64,000 bases of DNA from Selaginella moellendorffii (GCF_000143415.4 NW_003314323.1:187208-251207); one strand, 5' to 3'; positions 45,914 through 59,600 are shown, counted from the stretch's first letter. Program-made: numbers and translations. The notes: generated from the sequence alone by a model not told the origin.

Positions 45914-48503
45914 CTGTGTTACGAACACGGCCGGGATCCCGGCCGTGTTCACCGTGTTTCACGAACACGGCCATGGGTCGTGTTCCCACGGCCGTGTTCG
46001 TGAACAGTGGTCCGTGTTACTAACATGGACCATGATCCCGGCGACCACGGCCGGGATCACGGTCCGTGTTAGTAACACGGACCACTGTTCAGAATATTCT
46101 TGCGCGGAATATTCTGGTTTTAGGGCGCACGGCATCACACGACAATCCAGCCAGGGCGCACCATTTCAGGGCACAGCAGCAGCAATCCAAGGCAAACAAG
46201 CATGGCGCAGCAATCCAGCATACTGCGAAAGCATCCTTCTTTGCGATGGTGGGATGAGGTAAGTGTTCTTGAGAGCAGGGGGCATGGTCACAAATTATGG
46301 TCATGCAAATACTGCCCAATGGTGAACAAACTGAGTGGTGTTGATCGTCTGCGAGCTCATCTGTTAGGAGAAGGCCCAGGCAGCAAGGATATTGTGAGTT
46401 GTCCTCTCATCCCAGGTAACAAGAAAGCGGATCTGCTCAATATGCAAAAGGTTATTGATTCCGAGAAAGGGGCAAGGGGGAAGAAACGGCCGAATGAATC
46501 TGGTGGTGCTTCTATGAGAATGGATGGCAATGTCCAAGGATTTCCACCGATGGTATCATCCCAGTCAAGTGGAAGTGGCTGCAGTTCCCTATTTTTTAGC
46601 AAACAGAGTCAAGTCCATATTGTTGATTCGATGGATCCTGAGCAGAAGAACCAAGTTGATGTGGCTATCGGAAGATTTTTCTGGAATGAACACATTCCAT
46701 TTGTCAAGGCTCGGTCACCTTACTTCCTCAACATGATACAGGAAGTTGCCAGGCATGGTGTGCCTTATGCACCACCAAAATATGATGATCTCCGGGATAA
46801 GCTTTTGGTGAAAGAGAAACGATTCATTGACATTGAGATGGCGTCCTTGAGGAAGCAGTGGGAGCAGAGGGGTGCAACCATATGCGCAGACGGGTGGGCA
46901 GATAGGAGGAATCGGCATATCATGGGGCTTGTGGCATATAGTCAAGGACGAGGAGCTTTTTTGAAGGCTATTGACATTTCCTTAACAGGAAAAACAGCTG
47001 AAAATACTCTGCGCTGCTGGGAAGAAGGCATTAACATTGTAGGTGCAGAGAACGTTGTCATGGTTGTGACCGATGGGGAAAATGCAAACAAAGCAACAGC
47101 AGCACTTTTGCAACAGAGGTACCCGAAAATTCAATGGGCAGCATGTTTTGCCCATTGCTTGAACAATGCCTTGAAAGACTTCGGTGTACTTCCATGGATG
47201 GTAACACTTTTGGAGCGTGGAAAGTCTTTGGTGATCTTCGTTAGAAACCACTCTCATATAGTGGCACTGCTGGCGGAGTTTACTCACAAGCGATTGTTGC
47301 GTTATTGTGATACCAGGTTCGGCTACAACTTCATTATGATGGAGAGGCTGGTGGAGCTCCGAGAAGCTTTACAACAGATGTTCGTATGCCCTGCGTACAG
47401 AGCAAGGCCTGAGTCGAAGTCGAGAGCAGGAAGGGACAGTTATGCAACGGTTTTTGATGACAGTTTCTGGCAACAGGTTAAGGACATGCTAGAGGTGTCC
47501 AAGGATGTTATGCTGCTTCTTCGTGTTGTGGACGGTGATATACCTGCGATTGGAAAGATATATGAGTGCATGAACAGGTTGGATGCAAGTTTAGAGGAAG
47601 GACAGTCGGATTATGGCAGGTACAGGGAACTTCATCAGATCATGTCTAATAGGTGGCATGAGTATCACTCGCTCATGCACTCGGTGGCGTACATGTTGGA
47701 CCCCGAGTTTCAGGAGTATGAAAAGCATGCTAACAGAGAGGTCATGAAGGACTGGAATGCTTATCTGCTGGCCATGTTTACATCCAGTAAGAGGGATGTG
47801 ATACGTGATGAGCTTTTAACTTACCGGAGGATAGGAGGCATTTTCAACTCATATGATGCTAAGGCTGATCGCACTAAGAGGGGAGCTGTACGTTGGTGGG
47901 AGGACTATGGTTATGAAACTCCAGCTCTTCAGAAGTTGGCCATTCGAGTTCTAAGTCAGGCATGCTCGTCGTCCTCGGTGGAGAGATTGTTCAGTACTTT
48001 CGAGCATGTTTCTTCAAAAAAGAGGAACAGACTTACCATGGACAGGACAGCGGATCTGGTTTTTGTGGCTTGCAACACCAGGTTGTTAACCTGCAAAAAT
48101 GATCGTGATTACGACAAGTTTATAAGCTACAAAGTCCTGGAGACAGTTCCTCATCCTGAAGATGAGCTTGAGTCAAGACAGGAAGAGGAAGATGGAGATG
48201 ATGTCGAAGATCGTGAGGTCGAAGATCATGAGGTTGAAGATGACGATGAGATGCAGGATATTTGAGTAGTTTAAAAGTGTGAAGTAGTTTATGTGCAAAT
48301 AAAAATATTAAGAATAATATAATAAAATATAGCATATTCCTATAATAATATAATAAGAAATAGAATATAATTTTTAAATAACATATTCTTAGAATATTCA
48401 GTAGAATATTCGTGAGCCATCGTGGGCCGTGATCGTGTTCCGTGTTCGGGTTCCTGAAATCTAAGGCTCGTGTTCGTGTTCCGTGTTCGTGTTCATAACT
48501 ATG
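45914..48503 (+). mobile_element. Autonomous-looking hAT DNA transposon (2590 bp)
   Basis: Perfect 8-bp TSD AAAAGAAT (45906-13 / 48504-11), imperfect 16-bp TIRs (CTGTGTTACGAACACG vs CATAGTTATGAACACG) and dense subterminal GAACACG/CCGTGTTC repeats. Confidence 0.93.
46202..48265 (+). CDS. hAT transposase (BED finger, DUF659-type catalytic region, hATC dimerisation domain)
   Basis: Uninterrupted 687-aa ORF: WSCKYC...HL...C, ADGWAD, VTDG, CFAHC, TRF and WWEDYG...LAIRVLSQACSSSSVERLFS. Confidence 0.92.
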   Translation: MAQQSSILRKHPSLRWWDEVSVLESRGHGHKLWSCKYCPMVNKLSGVDRLRAHLLGEGPGSKDIVSCPLIPGNKKADLLNMQKVIDSEKGARGKKRPNESGGASMRMDGNVQGFPPMVSSQSSGSGCSSLFFSKQSQVHIVDSMDPEQKNQVDVAIGRFFWNEHIPFVKARSPYFLNMIQEVARHGVPYAPPKYDDLRDKLLVKEKRFIDIEMASLRKQWEQRGATICADGWADRRNRHIMGLVAYSQGRGAFLKAIDISLTGKTAENTLRCWEEGINIVGAENVVMVVTDGENANKATAALLQQRYPKIQWAACFAHCLNNALKDFGVLPWMVTLLERGKSLVIFVRNHSHIVALLAEFTHKRLLRYCDTRFGYNFIMMERLVELREALQQMFVCPAYRARPESKSRAGRDSYATVFDDSFWQQVKDMLEVSKDVMLLLRVVDGDIPAIGKIYECMNRLDASLEEGQSDYGRYRELHQIMSNRWHEYHSLMHSVAYMLDPEFQEYEKHANREVMKDWNAYLLAMFTSSKRDVIRDELLTYRRIGGIFNSYDAKADRTKRGAVRWWEDYGYETPALQKLAIRVLSQACSSSSVERLFSTFEHVSSKKRNRLTMDRTADLVFVACNTRLLTCKNDRDYDKFISYKVLETVPHPEDELESRQEEEDGDDVEDREVEDHEVEDDDEMQDI

Positions 48504-49967
48504 AAAAGAATACCTCAAGGAGGGAGGTAGAGATTCAGTGTTGCTTGGTGCAACAATCAACGGATAGGAGCAAAAGATGAGTGGCCAAGATAGGGCCGTG
48601 GAATCCCTTGGAAGGAATCCAAGTAACAAAGTTAAGCGAGGAACACTAATGTGTTGGACGCTAACAAATTGCGGGAAAGGAAGTGCGTTTCCAAGGATGG
48701 ATTCCGAATTGCTCCGATTTGGCGAAAGTGGAAGCTCCAAGGGAGGGAACGGTAAGGTAGCCAAATGATAGGGCCATGGATAGCCCTAGCACAAAGTATG
48801 ATAAATGGAACTTAGTGCCCAAGGTGGCACGAAATAGAAGAGAGGATGATGGTGCCCTCAAGTAAAGAACTTCCTAGGATGGGGAAGTGGAGTTGCACAA
48901 AATGTGCAATGCAAGGTGTTGGAGACACCTAGGAAATTGACTTCCAGAAGTCAAAGAGTAAAAGTTCCAAGGTGCAAACGTTCCATAGATGGAAATTGAG
49001 ACTACTCGAGAAGGAGTAGTGGGATTAACTTAGAGAAGGGTCTCTAAGAGGTTTAACGAGAACTAAACCAATAAAAGGAGAGAACCACTACATGTGGTCC
49101 AATCAGTCTCTAAGTTGGAAAGACTACCCTCCTTAGAGGATGGGCAAGGCATGGTGAGCCTTTAGTGTCAAACCATTGACGAATATGCAGAAGGCATGGT
49201 GAGCCTTCAATGTTAAACCATTGACGAATACGGAGAAGGCATGGTGAGCCTTCAATGTCAGACCATTGACAAATATTGGCTAGGTGCCAAGGATGGAAAT
49301 GGTAACACATGCGTTACTTTATAAAATGGTTTACCGTTCGATGAGAACATCGAACTTCATCTATGAGTGGTGGAGTTGTGAGACACAAAATCCCTAGGCC
49401 CCAAAGTGGAGCCGGAAAGGGTGCCACGTGGTAGTGGCCGAAGCGAAAGCTAAACGAGTGTAACACGTTTGGACTAAAAGCTCTGACTTGGAAGGTCGAG
49501 AGCGGGAGTGGAACTCCCAACAAAGTGCTCAAGGAGCAAGCACGAAGCGAGCAATAAGCAAGGCTCCAAAAGGGGACCCGAGGTGGAGTCCGAGATGGAG
49601 TCCGAGATGGACCCGAGGTGGAGTCCGAGATGGAGTCCGAGATGGACCCGAAGTGGAGTCCGATATAGAGTCTGAGATGAAGTCCGAGATGGAGTCCGAT
49701 ATGGAGTCCAAGATGGACCCGAAGTGGAGTCCGATATGGAGTCCGAGATGGAGTCCGAGATGGAGTCCGATATGGAGTCCGAGATGGAGTCCGAGATGGA
49801 CCCGAGATGGAGTCCGAGATGGACCCGAGATGGAGTCCGAGATGGACCCGAGGTGCAGTCCGAGATGGAGTCCGAGATGGACCCGAGGTGGAGTCCGAGA
49901 TGGAGTCTGAGATGGACCCGAGGTGGAGTCCAAGATGGAGTCCGAGATGGAACCGAGACCGGGACCA

Positions 49968-50005
<38 letters not shown>

Positions 50006-53000
50006 TCCGAGTCCGAATCCGGGGCCGAGACCGAGTCCGAGTCCGAGTACTAATACAAGTAGTTGGGTGAAAGCCCAAAGCGATCGTCCCCCAGGGGGGG
50101 GGGCTGCGGGGGGTTCCAAAAGTATAGTAGGGAGAGTGTGGGGCTTGGAGCCCAGTGGAGCCAATTTGGCCAGGAAAGGCCAGTTTGGCCCAGGAAGGCC
50201 AGACCCAGTGTTGGGTGATGAGCTGACCACTGGGAAGTCCAAGACTAGAGTGAACACAAACCGACAAGTGGGGTAGCTTGGTGAAGTGTTCAAGAGCCGG
50301 CTCTAGTTCCCCTGGGAGATCGACTGGCCGATGCTCCCAGTCCAAGTGTGGGTGGCACTACCTACTTGGATACCAGGCGTGGCTCAACAGAACGTCGCTT
50401 TAAGCCCATGGCTAGAGCACCCAAGGGCGGAAGGCGGGGAGAGTACCCAGGTGGCTCGCGTAAGGCCACGGTGTTCCGAAATGTTGTCCCAAAGGCCCAG
50501 ACTGTGGAAAGGAAGAGGAGCAATCCTCTGGGGTAGTGACCAAGGACATAGTCATGTGGTGAGGAAGTCCCAGAGGACCGTGGGACTTAGTGGTCGGGCC
50601 TACGGGCCTCGATCCAGTGGCAGTGTTGACGAACACGGCCATGGACGAAAAGGGACTTAGTGGGGACTGGAACGGAGATATTGGGGAAGGCTAATCCCTA
50701 TGTTGGTGGGCATCCTAAGGATGCTAAGGAGTGGATCTGGTTGATCACTCATGGATGGATGGCCCAGTCTTTGAGTGACGGGACCGGGATGCAGGAGGTG
50801 TCAGACCATCGTTGTGACCAAGGTGAATGGGCATGGCCTTAGCGTAACAGGCTGATATGTTGGTGGTACCTTGGGGTGTCGGTCATGGGATCGGACACGT
50901 GGAGCACTTGAACCAAGTGCACGAAGTTGAGTGGCGGGGATGCCATTCTCGGGGCTAGTAAACCCAAGTCCAAAATAGGACTTACGGAGGTTGTGAGTGA
51001 GACTCCTCCAAGTGGTCGGAGGTGCGGTTAAGTGACTAAAGCAAAATGGAAAATTTAGTCGCTTACATTTAGCTTTAAACTAACATCGCGTAGCCAATCC
51101 AACACTTTACAAATATCACAAATGTGCTCCTCCCACATCCTCTCCAAGTGGATCAAGACATCATCAATGAAATCAATAGTCACCTCCAGCATATCACAAA
51201 GAACTTTGTCCATCATCCGCTGAAAAGTTGCTGGAGCATTGTTCAAACCAAAGGGCATCACCAAAAACTCATACAAACTAAATGGTGTACGAAAAGTAGT
51301 CTTTGGAATATCTTCTTCGACCATTGGTACTTGCTAGTACCCAAAAACAAGATTTAAATTGGTGAACTAACGACTTCGCCCCAGACGGTCCAAGAGATCA
51401 GTAATGTGAGGAAGAGGGTACACATCTGGGATCGTCACTTCGTTTAACAGACAATAGTTGATGCAGAAATGAGGCTTTGTCACAAGATGAGGTTCACATG
51501 CCTAAGGACTCCGTGATTTCCGAATAACACCCTTCTCCAACATTTCCTTGACGTTTGTACGTAAAATCTTAATTTCTTTAGGTGATTGATGACGAACAGG
51601 AACCTGGATTGGACGAGCTTCCCCGGTTGGAATCGGATGATGTGTGGCAATCTTGGCCCTAGACGATAGGTCAAATTTAAAGAGATCAGAATACTCCTTC
51701 ATGAGTCGGTCAACTGCTGCAACACAAAGATGGTCGGAGGGATCGAAAAAGGGAAGAGTAGAACAAGACAGAAACATAGGAGGAGATAGTGGGGGGAACA
51801 AAAGTAAGGGAAGCAGAGGTAAAAGTAAAGGGACGAAGAAGTACGGAAGTGAGAGGAATGGATGAAACATAAGGAAGTATGAGATAAGGGGGAGAAGCCT
51901 CAAAGTCACACTTGGCATGATTGTGCTATAACCAATTCATACCAAAAATGAGGTTAAAAGCTTGACTCAGCACCACCTGCAATGACTGCAACTCAAGCTC
52001 GAGATCGCCCACACGCATAACCATGTCTGCCTCATCCCGTGCAAAATACATGTATACACTCGTTGCCATAAAGAATGAAAATTGGTTTCACCGCATGACG
52101 CAAATGTAGACGGCAACGTGTGGCAACAGGTCGAGCAATAAAAGATAAACTCAAACCTATATCAACCAACACCGAGAGAATAATAGAAGGCCTTTTGTCA
52201 TAAAAACGAGCTTGGAAAGTAAACATTAGATGAACCGATGCCGAGTGAACTCCTTGATGATACTCCCGAAACAAAGATGGAGGGGTCATTAGCTTATTTG
52301 CACAAGATACCTCCATTACTCATGTGATTCCTTATTTCCCGAATGCATCTCGGTGTCCAGACCTTCCATTGCAATAGCACCAATGGGATGTTGCTGATGC
52401 CAAGGTCTCCACCCAGGAAATGGAGGTCGCCAATCCAGAAAACGCCGACAATGCTGATAAGTATGGCCAACTTCATCACACGCCCAGTAGCGAACATCAC
52501 GGCCAAGACCACGTCCTTGCCTTTATCCTTGGACGCGAGCACTAGCAGCATCAACCTCTATTGAAATAGGACTATCACTCATAAGAAGTGGAGTTGAAGG
52601 ACATGTAGCGAGAAGTGGAAGAAGCAACGTCTCATAATGTTGTGCCAAGCGAAGAGCATCGTCAAGGGTGGCAGGAGCAAGTGCATGTACAAATCAGACA
52701 AGATCTTGATGAAGTGCTAGCCACAATATTTCTAGTTTGATCCGCTCCAACATATTTGGCTCCACACGAAACAAAAGACTTCGGAAACGAACATCAGATT
52801 GCATCACCGACTTAGATGGCCCTTGGCAAATACGATGCAATTGTTGGAAAGCATCATCACAATTGTTGGCATGTCCAAATGTGTGTTTAAAGATGTCCAG
52901 AAGAACACTCCAATCCCCACAAATGGCTGCACTCAAACCATTGCACCATTGTAACACCATCCTTTGGAGACATGTGGGAAACTCACACAAACATCGAGCA

Positions 53001-53657
53001 TCATCCCAAGAATGATATGTGGCAATCACCGTGAAGTGATCAAACCAATAATACACATCATCCCTAAGATTCCCGCAAAATAACTTTAGCCGAACGCAAG
53101 GATTGGCACCAAGAGTAGGAGGAGTTGTACCACGTGCTGTGAATGCCACCATCAAGTGAGTTTGGTTGTTCAATTGTAAGCGTATAGCATGAAGCAATTG
53201 TACCAACTGCTACTCTAGAGTCAAAGGAGGAGATTGTTGATCTACCATGAAGATGAACGAAAAAGAAAGAGCAAAAGAAGAGAAATGACAAAAAGTTAGA
53301 AGGAAATGGTAGATCTAAACAATACAAAAAACTAAATCTAAACCAAAATACTGAAAGAAAAGAACAAAAGAAAGAAAATGGAAAAAGCTAAATCTAGATG
53401 ATGCAAAGGTTGGATCTAAACCAAAATCCCAAATCTAAACACTCCTTAGGGACAATTAAAGTTGCCCTTCACCTCCACTAATGCAATTGCTTGAATATGA
53501 AAAAGGAATACAGAAAATGTGCATATCAATTAGCCCAAAAAATCCTAGTTTATATATAGGAGTGAATGGTTTGAATTGAAACTAATCAGACAGCTACCAA
53601 AATCCCACTATATTAATATTAATATACGGCATTATAGCTGTACACTTGGCCCTCACA

Positions 53658-53772
53658 ATATATATGTATATATGTATGTATATATGTATGTGTATATATG
53701 TATATATATATATATGTATATGTATATGTATGTGTATATATATATGTATGTGTGTATATATATGTATGTGTG

Positions 53773-53808
<36 letters not shown>

Positions 53809-53810
53809 TA
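53658..53810. repeat. (TA)n/(TATG)n microsatellite flanking element A
   Basis: Seen directly in the sequence. Confidence 0.95.
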
Positions 53811-55088
53811 AAAGATCCATTGAATACATTAATTTTTAAAGTAAATATATACTATTATCAAGTTCAGTTTAAGTGAAGGTACAGAAATAGTTAATAAGAC
53901 CCATCTTTTATTGCTTTATGCTTACTTTTAAAGCTGATCTCTAATGCGAAGAAAAAAAAACTGGTAATTGAAATTTAAAGGCAATAAAAATGAGAAATTT
54001 ATATTTCTGCATCAATGTTTTGCAATTTTAAAAAAGCAATATTCTTAATTAAAAGTAATTATATTAATGTGGGGGATGCAAAGAAATGAAAGAATTTCAT
54101 AGTGTATCAAAATCCTGTAAACCAAAGTTAGTCCATATCTAATAGAATTGTCACCACCTCTATGAGAAAGCATGGACACATTAGTGGGGAATGAATCTCA
54201 ATCTTTAGAACTCTCTCTTTTAGTTTTTGACCATTCATCACTTCTAGTTTTGGAAAATGATTGGAGAGAGGAAATTCTATCACTTTGTCAACTTCTGGCT
54301 CGTGTTGGGTGTGTAATTAGTTGGAGCACATTATTTATATGCACGTAGATCGAGAAGCTGTCTTCTCGCCGAGCACTTCTTCGTACGTCAGTTTGCCTCA
54401 AGATCAACCTTAAGCGATCAATCGATTGCAGGTTCCATCCACCCCCAGGACACACAGATTAAAGCACGAGTCTCTCTCAAAGCAAACCTCGACACCTGGC
54501 ACCAGTTGATTCAATGCCAAGCTCTGTCTTCCAAGCTGGCTGGCATTGCATGCCAGCAGCTTTCCCTGGAAAACAGTTGGATAGGACAATCTTTGTTCAG
54601 AGGCTCAAGCATTTAGCTGCTTGTCAATCACTTTAATTTACATCGATCTCTTTCGTTTTGTACACTTGATCAGCGTCGATTGTGCAATCACTTCAAAATT
54701 TTGGCAGCCAGCTTCTTGTTTCGTACAAAACTTTGAAAAGTATTAATACTCAGTAATTTATTTGAAATTCTCCTTTCTAGAAGGAGAGTTTTATGCGTTC
54801 AAGCTGTTTTTCTTTTTTTGACACCAAGCTCTTTTTCTTTTTCTTCTATGAGTTCATCGCTGGAAGTTTGTGATTTCTGCAAGTATCTCTTGATTCCATA
54901 AAGAAAACCAACCGCAATACAAATTCAAAGAACTTGCTTGCCCCAGAAATACAAACACAGATATTTCAAACTGATAACTGCAAACTTGGAGTTGGGAACA
55001 CTATCGCGGACTACAACATCCAAAATGAGTTTATGCTCCATCTGGTTCTGTGTCTCGCATGCAAATCATCGTCTCATGTTTTGGATAT

Positions 55089-55902
55089 TTAAAACTTGTT
55101 CACAAAACTTTTTAGCGATGACTGCAAAGACTCCTTGGCGAAGTGATCGATGTCCAAGGCCTGCAAATCCACAGACAAAATCCTAAGAAAATCAATGGAG
55201 AGATGGAGAAACCTTGGCACGGATGCAGATGCATGCGACGCGCGAAGCATCATCGACCGAGACGGACGCGTCCTGAACAATCAGCTGGTGTTGGCGCAGA
55301 ATCCACAGCACACTCAACAAGAGCCTGGCCTGCATCCTGCAGCTCATGTTGACGAACACATCCGACTTGCATATGTGCAGCCCCAAGCTAGAACTCGATC
55401 CCGCTGCTGCCGCCATCGCCATCGCATTCCACTTGGGCTTGGAAGGATCCATGGCCGCGCTCTTGCGGTGCTCGAGCAGCATGGATCTCGTCGCCGACAG
55501 CTCCTGGACTTGATTCTTGAGCCATTGAATGAGCTCCATCGTCCCCTGAACCACTCCGCATCGATCCATCTTTCCCGTGCAGCGCAAACAATCATTGATG
55601 CGAGAGTGATCAAGAAAAGCACAAGTATGGATTGATCAGGATACCTTTGAGGCCTCCGTTGTTGGTAGAAGCGACCTCAGCCGATCATACAGCCCTTGCA
55701 GCTCTTTCCTTCGCTCCCTCTCCGACCATATGTGATTGATCCGCTGCGCGTACGTCCGGGTCTTTCCCTGCGGAAGCATCGCCGGGCCTAACCCAATGCG
55801 CGGATTAATGCTAGTAGCATTCAAGGGGCAAACTCCATGACCCAGAAACACGGGAAGAAACTGATTCAAGCTTGAGCCCTCGCGCCTGACAGGCTTCACC
55901 AT
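55089..55902 (-). CDS. bHLH-ACT transcription factor, diverged copy 2 (3 exons)
   Basis: QRINHIWSERERRKELQGLYDRLRSLLP...K|MDRCGVVQGTMELIQWLK...LLLSVLWILRQHQLIVQDASVS...K|ALDIDHFAKESLQSSLKSFVNKF*. Confidence 0.85.
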
Positions 55903-56225
55903 GGATCGTAAACTTACACTCGAATGTGGTCGTCTAGACGAGAAACTCTCGCCCTCAAGAACTTACACTGGCTATTGCAATCAAGAAGGGCTTTCTCTCC
56001 TCATCTTCTCGAGCCACCTTTCGTTGGTGTAGTTCTGAAACGATCAGCGTGGATGTTGGATACTACGCAACATCTATGCCGAGCATACATTTGCTTTTGC
56101 CAGCCAGCACAAGACACGGTTATGATTGATAATCTCTTTAATGCCAAACAATAATCGAACCACTTTATTTTGATGAAATAGATTGGCAAGAAAGAGATGC
56201 TCTTTAATATCTCCTCTCCTCTCTT

Positions 56226-56228
<3 letters not shown>

Positions 56229-56285
<57 letters not shown>
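56229..56285. repeat. (CT)n microsatellite
   Basis: Seen directly in the sequence. Confidence 0.95.
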
Positions 56286-56666
56286 ACAGATGCTACTGCT
56301 GCTACCGCTGACACTGTGCTGACACTGTGGCAGAAGCTCAACTCCAGGCACTCGTCTTGCAGCTGGAGCTCAACCAGCATGTGCAGAGGACATGCCTTGC
56401 CGCACACCAAGCAGTCGCTGCTAGAAGTGGTGCTTGCCACTGCCAGGTGATGATGATCCAAAAGCTGGACACCAGTGTTGCTGATGCTGCTGCTGCTGCT
56501 CTCGTATGCCATGCTGCTGCAGGAGCTTTTCCAGACAATGCAATCCAGATTGCCATCCATCATCAATTGCTGTGCTTCCTCAACTCCCTCTAAACTCTTC
56601 TCACTGTCTTGGCAAGGGAGTGTCACTTGTGATTGAAGAACTTCTTCCACAGCTGCTAAGGCTCCT

Positions 56667-59600
56667 TGTTAGGTGCCACATGGTTAACATAGTCAAAGGA
56701 GGCTCAAGCATGTTAGGGTAAGGGACTTAACCTACCTTAAGGCTTTGGTGGCACAGTGGAGCTTTTGAGGTAGCTCAGGGGTGGATCTTAACATTGATAT
56801 CAGAAGCATACATCTTTGAAATAGGTTTGTTGTAATGGAAAAGCATTTTCAAGTTGCTTGTTGTTTATTCGTGACTTGGGGGACCAAGGCACGTGTGGGG
56901 GAGAAGCAGCAATACAGGATGTACTCGATGAGTTTTTTGATGTTTTTTCATTTGAACTTCCTCATGGGTTACCTCCATTACGAGGTGTGGAGCATAGGAT
57001 TACGTTGGAGCCGGGAATGTGACCAATTTACTAGTGTCCATTTTGGTTAAGTTATATGAAGGAGCAAGAAGTTCAATGACAAATCAAGGAGTTACTTGAG
57101 TTTGGATTTATTCATCCAAGTAAGTCTTTGTTTGGTGCTTCAGTCTTGCTTGTGAAAAAGAAGAACAGTTCAATGCAAATATGTATTGACTACCGTGCCT
57201 TGAACAAAAAAACAGTGAAGGATAAAATGCCAATGCCACATATAGATGATATCTTAGACAAACTTGGTGAAGCATGAGTGTTTACCAAGATTGATTTGAG
57301 GAGCGAATATCATCAGATTGAAATGGATGAAGCATTTATCTCCAAGATGGCATTTAACACAAGTTTCAAACATTTTGAGTTTATAGTTATGCCATTTAGT
57401 TTGACAAATGCACTAGGCACATTTACTTGGTTGATGACGGAGGTATTTGGGCATTATCTTTATAAGTTTGTGGAGATTTTTTTGGACAATATTTTTGTTT
57501 TCAGCAAAAATATGGAGGATCATAAAGTGCATTTGTGCAAAGTTCTTTTGCTACTTTGTGATAGCAAATTTTATATAAAGAAGAACAAATATAAGTTTGC
57601 AAAGTTGGAGGTGAAATACTTAATCCATATTGTGATATTTAAGGGTGTCAAAACAAATCTAAGGAAGGTGGTTGCGATGGAGAATTGGCTTACACCAACT
57701 TTAGTGGCTGAATTATGCAACTTTCTTGGTATGACTAGTGACTACTGACGTTTCCAGCATAAGTTTGTGGAGGTGGCTATTCCTTTGATACAGTTGTTAT
57801 GCAAAAGCGTGCTATTTGAGTGGAAAAAGCCACAAGAGGAGATTTTTGTGGCACTGAAACGATTGTTAAGCGAGGCTCTAGTGTTTCGCATTACTAATCC
57901 ATCAAAACAATATGAGATAATATGCGATGCAAGTGGTTGAGCATTATGAAGAGTTCTCATATAAGAGAGATAGCCTATTGCATATGAAAGTCAAATTTTG
58001 AATCCCATAGAACAACATTATTTCCTATATGAGTAAGAGTTACTCTCTATTGTTTATGCTTTGCAGACATAACAACACTATCTTTATAGTGTAGTGTTTG
58101 TAGTGTTGACGGATCATAAACCACTTATGTATCTTTTTGAACAAAAGGAGTTGAACACTAAGCAAGCTTGTTGGATGGTCAAACTTATGGAGTTTGGGGA
58201 ATTTCCTATTGAGCATCACCCAGGAAAATCAAATATGGTGGCAAATGCTTTATCTCGTGTTCGTCATGTGATAACATTACAAACACGGTTTTGTCATCAT
58301 TTAAGTAAAGTGGTCAGTGAGTTTAGACAGTTAGTTGAGCGTGCTTAGGCTTAGAATGCTAAGGTGGCCTCTTTGCGCAACTAGATGGAAGACCATCTTT
58401 CTAATCGCATTGCACCGTTGCAAATGTTGCTAAAGTCATCAACGTCATATTTCATTTGGTCTTCGGATTGTGAGTGGCTGTTTGAAGATCTCAAAGAGCT
58501 GTTGACGACTCCTCCGCCCCTTTCTCATAAGTGGATGGAATTCTCTATTACAATGGCCGTGTATATTTACTATGAGTGGATGTGTTAATTACTCAAGTTT
58601 TATTCCACTATCATAATCTTCCAAAAGCTGGTTATTTTGGGGGAAAGAAGACATATGAGTTAATTAAGTGAAATTTTTATTGGAGGAATATGAAAGCTCA
58701 TATCCTTGAATATTGTAAATCATGCAAGCTTTGTCAACAAGTAAAGGTCCTATGGGAAAAGCTAGAGAATCTTTTGCAACCTTTACATATTCCTTAGAGT
58801 CATTAGTGTAGTATCTCTATGGACTTCATTATTTGTTTGCCATGAACACAGATGCAAAAGAAGCAAATATGGGTTATAATGGATCGGTTGATAAAGTATG
58901 TGCAGTTGTTGGCTCTTTGGAAAACTATTACTACCTTAAACTTGGCTACAGTCTACTTGGAAAAGGTTTTTCCTGATTTTAGTTTGCTAGAGGACATCAT
59001 TAGTGATCGAAATTCAAATTTCACAAGTGGATTTTGGAAAAGCTTTGCGAAGGCTATGCAAGGGATTTTGAAACTCTCAAGTGGAGATCATCCTCAGATG
59101 GATGGGCAAACTGAGGTGAATCAAATGGTGGAGGATATGCTATATTGTAGCATTGATTAAAGGCAAGGACAATGAGATTTATATCTTCCATTGGTGCAAT
59201 TTGTTTACAATAATAGTCAATATAGTGGAACCAAGCTAAGTCCTTACTTTGCCATGTTTGGAAGGCATTCCTGAATAGCAATAGAGTTGGGATTGCATTT
59301 AAGTAAGGACATTCAAAATAAGCTTGATTCTAAGGCAACTAATTTGGCCACAATACTTGATGAGATTCTGGTGGTATACAAATGGGATTTATAGGCAACT
59401 CAGGATAGAGTGGAGAAGTTTGCTAATAAGCATTGTCAATTCCAGGAATATAAAGTGGGTGATCTCATCTTCATGTGAGTGATCTTTCCATTAAGTGAAC
59501 AGTGGAACACTTTGGTGCCTTTACAAACAAGGAAGAGCGACAAACTTTCCCATCAATATGCTAGTCTATATGAAGTGCTGGAGTGCATTGGTAAGTGGTT

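Larger units (their letters stand above)
41123..51067 (+). mobile_element. Long-LTR retroelement (element B), internally non-coding (LARD-like), inserted in the RT of element A
   Basis: Near-identical ~1.65-kb LTRs at 41123-42775 and 49377-51067, TTTAG TSD, PBS TGGTATCGGAG and PPT GAGTGGTGGAG. Excising it rejoins the A RT peptide SLKL-KWLKCTFG. Confidence 0.93.
38161..53657 (-). mobile_element. Old Ty3/gypsy LTR retrotransposon (element A), degenerate, hosting nested insertions
   Basis: Diverged ~175-bp TG..CA LTRs at 38161-38335 and 53482-53657, with a PPT next to 38336. Remnants include gag (52694-53206), protease (~52032-52200), RT (MPFGLNNAPATFQR, FIDDVL at ~51070-51480, continuing at ~41117), RNase H (40465-40860) and integrase (~38400-40100). 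Confidence 0.9.

Noticed and set aside
54513-54530. Partial similarity to miR536 (TGCCAAGCT)
   Set aside because: Only about 9 matching nt, which is expected by chance.
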